From contig JAALKR010000006.1 in the NCBI GenBank assembly GCA_011087955.1, forward strand, positions 15,661-79,660: a stretch of DNA of 64,000 nucleotides. The letters run 5' to 3'. Every line of letters starts with the position of its first letter. Position 1 is the first letter of the stretch. The position numbers and the translations under genes are program-made. Below are positions 19,431 to 26,569 of this stretch, piece by piece. Under the pieces are notes generated by a model. The model ran no database searches, was not told where the DNA came from, and worked only from the letters and a program-made list of their open reading frames with translations. The stretch is from Oligoflexia bacterium. Lineage in GTDB: Bacteria > Bdellovibrionota > UBA1018 > CAIPTA01 > JAALKR01.

Positions 19431-20726
19431 CTACGTCGCTATTTTTTCCAATGTCCCCGGCGGGCTGCCAGCCATATCTTTCCGCCAATTACCTAGTTCT
19501 TCTACTTGAACTACAGGATTTAAGGAGTAACCATCTCTCTCATTTAAAATATACCGAGGCCGCTTGAAATCCGGCTCAATGAGTCTACGCAAACGACTGA
19601 TACTTGTATAAACTTTTGAATCGTGAATCATCGGATTGTAAGATTCTCTCCAAATCCGCTCAACCAAAATATCTTTAGTAAAGACTTCTCCAGGCTCCGA
19701 CGCCAACAGATAAAGAATTTCTAAAAGGATAAAGCGTCGTTCGAAGTGTATTTCACCTTTCTCTTTTTCAATTACGATCTTACGTTCACGATCGATGACT
19801 AGCCTGGCAGCTCCGTTATTCACTTTATTAGTTTCCTGATCAAGCACTTGCTTTAGTGCCTTTAGTTCTAGCGAATTTGCTGCATCACGAATCAAGTCAA
19901 AGAAAATTCCCGCTCGACTATGGTCATCCATATCTAGATATATTCGACCTAGTCCCAGAAGAACGTAATAGTAGTAGTACCAAACCTTCTTTGACTTCAG
20001 ATTGGAGTGAGCCTTCCAAAGCATTTCTAGCGCTTTCTGATACTCACCTTGCACTCGGTAAATATTGCCCTTGGTAATCAGGATCGAACAATCAATGTTC
20101 TCGGCATGGTAGCCTTGGCTTTTAGCCTCCTCCGTAGATTCAAATTCATGAATTTTTCGCTCTAAGGCGTCAATGCGCTCCATCGCTTCATCGAATTTTC
20201 GTATGTTGGAGCAAACAGTAATCAGGCCAAATAGCGCGTAAAAGCGATCTTGTTCAAGCCCCACATGCATCCTGTTGTCCACTTCATGGTTAGCAAGAAA
20301 ATTATCTACCGCCTGTTCCGCTCTTTGGAAGTGCGCTTCCGCTTGCATATAGTCGCTCTTGTAAGAGGCAAATACACCTTGTGTATATTCCACCTTCGAC
20401 AAATAGCGATCATATTGGGGCAAGCTCTTACCAAGGCCACTGGTCTCTCCGACCAACTTCTCCAATGGACCCTGCTCCAAGCGCTCAGCATGAATTCGTA
20501 ATAAAATCGTCAACGAGCGAAAATAATTGTCATAGAGCTGTAATCGCCACGCTTCGTGCTTAACAGCCTCCAGCTTTTCAACTGCATTCTTAAAGTCACA
20601 TTTTTCGTAATAGAGCACAGCCAGTTCCAGAAATGACTCATTCCGAAAAATTAAATCATCTTCAGTACCTGAAGATATCTTGGCAAATACCTTCTTAGGT
20701 ACCTGTGGCTCTTGTGTCTGATCCAA
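19431..20726 (-). CDS. Transcriptional regulator: TPR-like N-terminal region plus C-terminal OmpR/PhoB-type winged helix
   Basis: The C-terminus FTKDILVERIWRESYNPMIHDSKVYTSISRLRRLIEP...GYSLN matches the trans_reg_C pattern. The N-terminal about 300 aa are helical-repeat-like. TTG start with GGGAGGG 4 nt upstream. Confidence 0.7.
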   Translation of the reverse strand: MDQTQEPQVPKKVFAKISSGTEDDLIFRNESFLELAVLYYEKCDFKNAVEKLEAVKHEAWRLQLYDNYFRSLTILLRIHAERLEQGPLEKLVGETSGLGKSLPQYDRYLSKVEYTQGVFASYKSDYMQAEAHFQRAEQAVDNFLANHEVDNRMHVGLEQDRFYALFGLITVCSNIRKFDEAMERIDALERKIHEFESTEEAKSQGYHAENIDCSILITKGNIYRVQGEYQKALEMLWKAHSNLKSKKVWYYYYYVLLGLGRIYLDMDDHSRAGIFFDLIRDAANSLELKALKQVLDQETNKVNNGAARLVIDRERKIVIEKEKGEIHFERRFILLEILYLLASEPGEVFTKDILVERIWRESYNPMIHDSKVYTSISRLRRLIEPDFKRPRYILNERDGYSLNPVVQVEELGNWRKDMAGSPPGTLEKIAT

Positions 20727-21133
20727 GCACCCTCCCCCCCACGGTCAATGGGTAACCACTTACACACGTGTCTGTTTAATTTTTGGCTGATCTGGACCAC
20801 CACTTCCGGATCGTCATAGCCATCTAGCTTGAAGTCAGTCCCAGCAAAATAAACCTCAAGCGTGCTCCCGCCGGCTAGGGTATCGATTTTTCAACCCAAT
20901 ACCTTAAAGGTGGGTACCGTGTCATGGCTTCAGGCTTCCCAAATTAGATCTGGGCGTGCTCACCACCACAAGTGACCGTCCCCTGAGTTGAATACCATCG
21001 GAGAAAAAACGATTAACCCCAATCTAATCCCCGGTCAGGAACACACGGAACTATAACCTAGGTCTCACTGACTAACAAAGCCTAAAATTTGGTATCTTTT
21101 TCTCGGTGTGCTAAGCTCAAGTTAGGGGACTGG

Positions 21134-22369
21134 ATGGCTCTCTCACTCTTACTAGCAGACGATCAACCAGCGATAGAAAAGATCATTTCTCTTTCTTTAC
21201 CGAGGGAAGAGTATGAAATTCGATCAGTTACTTCAGTAAAAGAAGCGATGGATCATATTGCTGCGGAACGACCTGATTTTTTCTTAGTCGATGTCTCCTT
21301 GCGCTTTGACGTGTCGCTAGACCCCGCAATGAATCCTGATCACCCAGATATAAAGAAGGATGGGACATACCTAACTCGATATATCAAAGAGCATGAGCGG
21401 TTAAAGTCAATCCAAGTAATAATGCTAACGAATGCGTTTGAGCCGATCGATGAAGACACACGCAATCAATATCTTGCAGATGCTGTTCTAGTAAAGCCAT
21501 TTGACCCTAACGAACTTCGAACCGCTCTTCGCAACCTAATGAGCGATTCTCATCACACGAAATTGCAATCTGGTCCTGCTACACCGGATGCAACTCCGGA
21601 AGATGCGCCCGACAAATTCATGCAAGCCACTTCGGAGGTGCTCGATAGGCCGATAAAAATCGAGACTTCTGACCAAACTGATTCCGACTTTTCAGACGTG
21701 CCTGATATTGACATTTCTCAGTTAAGTAAAGAAGCTCAGGAGTTGTCCGCGTTCTTTAGTGACGAAATTGCAGCAGCTAATGACCCGGTGACGGCTAGTG
21801 ATCCGGTGGCAAGCGCTAATCCAGATCCATTAGCTGTATTACCTGACTCCATAGACTCTGCGGCTGAAGAATGGAAACCTATCCACCCAACAGTTGAGGA
21901 GGACCTGTCTGCTTGGCAACAAGCCGATAATAAATCGGGCGACGCTCTGTTTGACACCGGTGGATCCAACTTTAGTTTCCAGAGCGACTATATTCAGAAG
22001 GTTAAAAAGCTTGAAGAAGCCCGTGAAGAGTGCGCGGAACAGAGCCGACTAGCGGAGCATGCCCTATTAACTGAAAACGAATTCTCTTCATCAGAGACTT
22101 TTTCGGAGACCTTCTCAGAGGCTTCTCCAGAGGTTTCTTCAGAAGCCTCTCCATCACCTGCTTCAATGATCACGCAACAAGAGGAGATCACGAAATGGAT
22201 ACATGAATCTGAAGACAAACTAGAAGCCTTGATTCGTGAAGAAATACGCAAGCATTGCGTTAAACTCATAGAAAAGGTTGCCTGGGACATTATTCCCGAA
22301 CTTGCAGAAAACATCATCCGTAAAGAACTCAAAAAAATTCTTACAGCCTTAGAGAAAGATCCTGAGTAA
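21134..22369 (+). CDS. Response-regulator receiver protein with an acidic low-complexity linker and a C-terminal helical domain of unknown function
   Basis: REC features: LLLADDQ, FFLVDVSL (phospho-acceptor Asp) and VKPFDPNELRTAL. ATG 21134 (AGGGGA RBS) is preferred over track start 21089. No known output domain recognised. Confidence 0.75.
   Translation: MALSLLLADDQPAIEKIISLSLPREEYEIRSVTSVKEAMDHIAAERPDFFLVDVSLRFDVSLDPAMNPDHPDIKKDGTYLTRYIKEHERLKSIQVIMLTNAFEPIDEDTRNQYLADAVLVKPFDPNELRTALRNLMSDSHHTKLQSGPATPDATPEDAPDKFMQATSEVLDRPIKIETSDQTDSDFSDVPDIDISQLSKEAQELSAFFSDEIAAANDPVTASDPVASANPDPLAVLPDSIDSAAEEWKPIHPTVEEDLSAWQQADNKSGDALFDTGGSNFSFQSDYIQKVKKLEEAREECAEQSRLAEHALLTENEFSSSETFSETFSEASPEVSSEASPSPASMITQQEEITKWIHESEDKLEALIREEIRKHCVKLIEKVAWDIIPELAENIIRKELKKILTALEKDPE
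22088..22159 (+). repeat. Degenerate 12-nt in-frame tandem repeat (about 6 units) inside the response-regulator linker
   Basis: Units: tcagagactttt / tcggagaccttc / tcagaggcttct / ccagaggtttct / tcagaagcctct / ccatcacctgct. They encode SETF SETF SEAS PEVS SEAS PSPA. Confidence 0.8.
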
Positions 22370-23099
22370 GCAATGCTTCTTTTTGCCCGTCAGCAAACTC
22401 AACAATCAGCGAACCATTTTTATCTAATCCGATTGCTTTTGCTGACTGCATATTTGCTTCCTCTTCCAGCAATCCAAACCGTATCTCTTTCCCAAGATAA
22501 GTAACTCGATCTTCCCATAATTCTTTTAATCTTGTGTAATCATTCCAAGTGGCCAAGTGGGATTTCATAGAGTTTAACAAAATCTCTAAAAATTCATGGT
22601 TAGTTGGACAATCAGCTCTCAACGGTAAGTCTTGTAATGAAATGGCTGGTAAACCTTCGGGCGCCCAACATACATTCAATCCGATGCCTATCGACAAATA
22701 TAGTTTTCCATTCTGGATTCTAGACTGGCTCAAAACTCCCATCAATTTCTGTTGGTCATACACTAGATCATTGGGCCACTTAATTGTCAGCTTTTGCTTA
22801 CACTGAGGATCTAAGATCGAATTTACCGCATCGTAGGCACAAATGCCGACTAACAGAGGAGCTGTAGCAACCCGGTCTTTTTCATCAGCACCAAACACAA
22901 AGCCAATGCTGCAGGCAATATTGCCTTCCGCCGTAAACCACGTGCGACCACGGCGTCCTTTGCCTGCCGTCTGTCGATGTGCGGCTATAACTGTATGGTG
23001 AAAGTCACCGGAGCCGACACGCTCTAATAGCAGTGCCGACGTGGAGGGGGTTTCTTCTAACCATTCAACGTTAAAGGGGTGAGTCATTGCTAAGCTCAA
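22341..23099 (-). CDS. birA: Biotin--[acetyl-CoA-carboxylase] ligase (class I, no N-terminal HTH)
   Basis: GKGRRGRTW biotin-binding loop; KWPNDL motif; 252 aa. Confidence 0.85.
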   Translation of the reverse strand: MSLAMTHPFNVEWLEETPSTSALLLERVGSGDFHHTVIAAHRQTAGKGRRGRTWFTAEGNIACSIGFVFGADEKDRVATAPLLVGICAYDAVNSILDPQCKQKLTIKWPNDLVYDQQKLMGVLSQSRIQNGKLYLSIGIGLNVCWAPEGLPAISLQDLPLRADCPTNHEFLEILLNSMKSHLATWNDYTRLKELWEDRVTYLGKEIRFGLLEEEANMQSAKAIGLDKNGSLIVEFADGQKEALLTQDLSLRL

Positions 23100-23934
23100 A
23101 AAGCATGGATATATCCGCAGCGCTTACGGAATGTGTGAGCGCGCCAACTGATATAATATCCACATCTAGATCGATTAATTCATCCAGTTTTTCTAAAGTG
23201 ACATTACCTGACAGCTCTAAAACCACATCCGGCTTTTGTTTGCGCAACACTGGAATCGCGGCTTCTAAATCAGGCTTTGAAAAATTGTCTAGCAATATTA
23301 TGTTTACACCAGCCTGAATCACCTGCTCTGCTTCTGGCAATGACTGCACCTCAACCTCAATTTCCACTCCATGAGAAACCTGGGAACGAACATTCTCTAT
23401 CGCTTTTGCAATTCCGCCCGCCGCACGGATATGATTTTCTTTGAGCAAAATTCCACTATCCAAGCCGAATCGGTGATTCCAAAGACCACCGTGGCGCACA
23501 GCCATTTTATCCAAGTAACGCCAACCAGGAGCCGTCTTACGCGTATCTACAACGCGCAGCTTTCGATCACCAATTCGCTTCTTAAATTCTGCCGCCTGAG
23601 TTGCAACACCAAACGTCCGTTGCAGGAAGTTTAGGATCGTGCGCTCGACACCTAAGATTGCCCGGGCATTAGCCTTGATGTTAGCAATCTCAGTCCCTGC
23701 TTTTACTTGCGCTCCGTCTTTCCAGTCAATTTCAAGCCAGTCGACTGGGACACGGGCCTCTTCTAAAATTGTCGAAATTAAGTCAGTCCCACTTACGATA
23801 AGGTCTGACTTCGCAACAATTTTTGCCCGAGCACTTGCATCTGCGGGAACAGCGAGAGCAGAAAGGTCACCACGACCCAGATCTTCCTCTAGAGCCAAAC
23901 AAATCAAGGACCTTACGCCAGGGGGTAAAAGCAT
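23071..23934 (-). CDS. nadC: Nicotinate-nucleotide diphosphorylase (quinolinate phosphoribosyltransferase)
   Basis: 287 aa. ERTILNFLQ, DTRKT.PG.R and HR.GL.D..L.KENH patterns are typical of NadC. Confidence 0.9.
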   Translation of the reverse strand: MLLPPGVRSLICLALEEDLGRGDLSALAVPADASARAKIVAKSDLIVSGTDLISTILEEARVPVDWLEIDWKDGAQVKAGTEIANIKANARAILGVERTILNFLQRTFGVATQAAEFKKRIGDRKLRVVDTRKTAPGWRYLDKMAVRHGGLWNHRFGLDSGILLKENHIRAAGGIAKAIENVRSQVSHGVEIEVEVQSLPEAEQVIQAGVNIILLDNFSKPDLEAAIPVLRKQKPDVVLELSGNVTLEKLDELIDLDVDIISVGALTHSVSAADISMLFELSNDSPL

Positions 23935-24160
23935 GGTCCCACTATAGCTCTGCTTTTACAACCGAAGCAAGATAAGAGCTGGCTTGCGCCACCGCCTGAA
24001 TCTTCTGAAAGAAGGCAGCATAAAAAAAGCAACGTTATACTGCTCTTATTTCAGGCTCTTATAAAAATTTGAAAATAAACCCTCAACTTAAAATATAAGG
24101 CACCGATACCTATCTTAAATAACGAACTAAAACGGTATTTAATTAAAAGAGGTCATTATA

Positions 24161-24943
24161 ATGATACTAAAAAATCTTGTAACACTTTCATTTATCCTAC
24201 TCATAACTTGTTTTAGCTCCTCTACGACTGCCCAGGGATACACGCTCTCTGCACCAGATGCGGTCTCTTCATCAGATGTAGTTCAATACTTAAGTGAAGA
24301 AGAGCTGATTGAAATAAGCCAGGAGGCAGTAGAAGAGAGGCTCCAAAGGGCAACTGATCCAAGAGGTCGGCTAGATAGTAGGCGGGATTCTCCAAGAGTC
24401 ACCCAGTTCTTTGTCTACGGCACGGCGAACTCAAATTCCCCAAACAGGAGGAGTAAGACTAGCGATGACTCATTCACAACTAGGGCTTCACAGCTCCCAT
24501 GGGTTGGCACGATCAATTGCTATAGGCATAGCACCGCATTGCGTGTAGATCACCCCCACGCAACTAATTATTGGGATTTCCCTGATGGACAAACAAGGAG
24601 GGTTGTCAAAGCCAAGTCTAGTGGTCAATGTGTTTACTCCCATATTCAAGGAACGCCACCATCCTTCATAACCTATCACTATCTAATGCTCCTCGCCCGC
24701 ATCCGCGGCGAGAGAATAGATCGAATCTTCTCTAAGCTTCATACGAAAACGGCCATCAGCCCTGCCTTCCGGGCAGAGTGGCGTAGTGGACGAACTGATG
24801 TCGTGTCTAACCGCTGTATCGACGGAGACTGGCTCGCTGCAGGCGTTATGTACATTGGCCTACCTCAAGGATACCGCTGGGCTGGACCAGCTCCCTGGGT
24901 CAATCCCTCTTTCCGAGAGGCTAACGTTTACAACTGCTTCTAG
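24161..24943 (+). CDS. Hypothetical secreted Cys-containing protein
   Basis: Signal peptide MILKNLVTLSFILLITCFSSSTTAQG. AGAGG RBS. No recognisable motif. Several Cys in the mature part. Ends ...NVYNCF. Confidence 0.55.
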   Translation: MILKNLVTLSFILLITCFSSSTTAQGYTLSAPDAVSSSDVVQYLSEEELIEISQEAVEERLQRATDPRGRLDSRRDSPRVTQFFVYGTANSNSPNRRSKTSDDSFTTRASQLPWVGTINCYRHSTALRVDHPHATNYWDFPDGQTRRVVKAKSSGQCVYSHIQGTPPSFITYHYLMLLARIRGERIDRIFSKLHTKTAISPAFRAEWRSGRTDVVSNRCIDGDWLAAGVMYIGLPQGYRWAGPAPWVNPSFREANVYNCF

Positions 24944-24981
24944 AATAAAAAAATGGGTTATAGTGGTTATAATTCTACTCT

Positions 24982-25866
24982 ATGAAACGGAAAGCACTCG
25001 TCGTAATCTACTGGGAGAACCCTAAATCCCACGACTTACAAATACTCCTGCTACGGCGGCCAAATACCGATGGCGGGTATTGGCAGCCAGTCACGGGTGG
25101 AGTCGATCAGGGAGAAGATTTTATCGACGGTGCTTTGCGAGAGGCGAAAGAAGAAAGTGGGTTTCGCTTTTCAAAGAAGCCAAAGTCCATTGGGCTAAAC
25201 TATGCATTTAAAGGCCGCTGGGGGCCAGCAGAAGAAGTGGCATTTTCCCTAGAAGTGTTGTCACAGGATAATAATGCCAATCCAGGAGCCCCCCCTACCC
25301 CGACCCTAGACCCAAAGGAACATTCTGACTTCCAATGGACGGACCCCATTTCCGCTCACAAATTGGTTCCATTCGAGAAAAATAAGGAAGCCATTTTTCG
25401 AACGGCGTTTCGGCCTAGCCCAATATTTATCGATGCAGAAGGTAAATTATTCCAAGAAGGGGAAGAGATTACCCATGGCCGAACGCTGGAACTCCTTTAC
25501 CGATCTATAGAGCGCAATGACAATCGTTTTGACCATATAGATTCTGAATTTGTCATTCATGTTGGGGGGTCAGCCCTCCCGCTCGAAGTAGACGACACCG
25601 CTCTCCACATACGGCATGTGGATCTAGAAAAGGAAACTATATCCGTAATGAGTGGGGAACCTCTTCCATTAGAGCCCTCGACCTTAGAAATTGGGGCAAG
25701 CAATGTCCTATATTGCCAAATTTCAGGGATCCGAGCCCGTTTCCTACGTCCCGCCTACTATCAGATCGCAAATAATATGTCGCTAGTCAACCACGGTGTG
25801 AACCGCGGTAGCGAATATACCCTTAAGTGGGGCGGGCGGACTTATCCGATTCGCGTTACGACGTAA
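24982..25866 (+). CDS. Nudix hydrolase fused to a C-terminal DUF1285-like domain
   Basis: Nudix box GGVDQGEDFIDGALREAKEESG. The C-terminal half (IFIDAEGKLFQEGEEITHGRTLELLYRSIERND...) resembles the DUF1285 pattern, judged from memory only. Confidence 0.7.
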   Translation: MKRKALVVIYWENPKSHDLQILLLRRPNTDGGYWQPVTGGVDQGEDFIDGALREAKEESGFRFSKKPKSIGLNYAFKGRWGPAEEVAFSLEVLSQDNNANPGAPPTPTLDPKEHSDFQWTDPISAHKLVPFEKNKEAIFRTAFRPSPIFIDAEGKLFQEGEEITHGRTLELLYRSIERNDNRFDHIDSEFVIHVGGSALPLEVDDTALHIRHVDLEKETISVMSGEPLPLEPSTLEIGASNVLYCQISGIRARFLRPAYYQIANNMSLVNHGVNRGSEYTLKWGGRTYPIRVTT

Positions 25867-26547
25867 TGAAAATACGAAGCTCGACTCACTCTTTTTAAAA
25901 AACATCTTCTCAAACGGAGTTGCTGGAAATGTAGACCAAATCTGATCCGCGTCAGTCTCAGGAAAACTCTCAAAACAATCTGCCTCTTTTAGCTCATCGG
26001 CAATGAAGGCTGCATAATCGCAATGATCTGTTTTAATCATCACCTCCTTGCCTTCGTTCAAACTAAGGCCTACGGACCGAAAAAAGTCTGCATGTAAAAC
26101 GCGCCATTTGTGGTGAGTAAATTTTGGCCACGGGTCGGGGAAAAGAATCCAAACTCGATCAAGTTCCCCTGGAGCAAACATCCATGGTAGCCTGGCAATA
26201 TTCGCGCGGAGAAATACCAAATTCCGCATTTTAGAGCGGACCGCCTTCTCCGAAGCCTTATAAGCTTCTTTAAATTTCCACTCCACACCGATAAAAAATT
26301 CATTCGAGTTTTGCCTGGCCATCTCTAAAAGTGATTCTCCATGGTAGCAGCCAATCTCTAGATGCAATTTAGCATCACCTCTGGCACCGAAAAAATCACG
26401 CCATTGACCTCGGTATTTTTCCGTTTGGGCACAAGTAAAACCTGTAGGAGCATGCACGGGTAATTCATCAAATCTCCTCGCATAGGAGTGCCCAGAAGGT
26501 CGGTATGGCTCATAGTTATTTACTGGGTACGGTTTCCTGGTGTCCAT
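25783..26547 (-). CDS. trmB: tRNA (guanine-N7)-methyltransferase
   Basis: LEIGCYHGE and ILFPDPWPKFTHHKWR motifs. 254 aa. Confidence 0.85.
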   Translation of the reverse strand: MDTRKPYPVNNYEPYRPSGHSYARRFDELPVHAPTGFTCAQTEKYRGQWRDFFGARGDAKLHLEIGCYHGESLLEMARQNSNEFFIGVEWKFKEAYKASEKAVRSKMRNLVFLRANIARLPWMFAPGELDRVWILFPDPWPKFTHHKWRVLHADFFRSVGLSLNEGKEVMIKTDHCDYAAFIADELKEADCFESFPETDADQIWSTFPATPFEKMFFKKSESSFVFSLRRNANRISPPAPLKGIFATAVHTVVD

Positions 26548-26569
26548 GATGAGTCAGATAAGTAACTGG

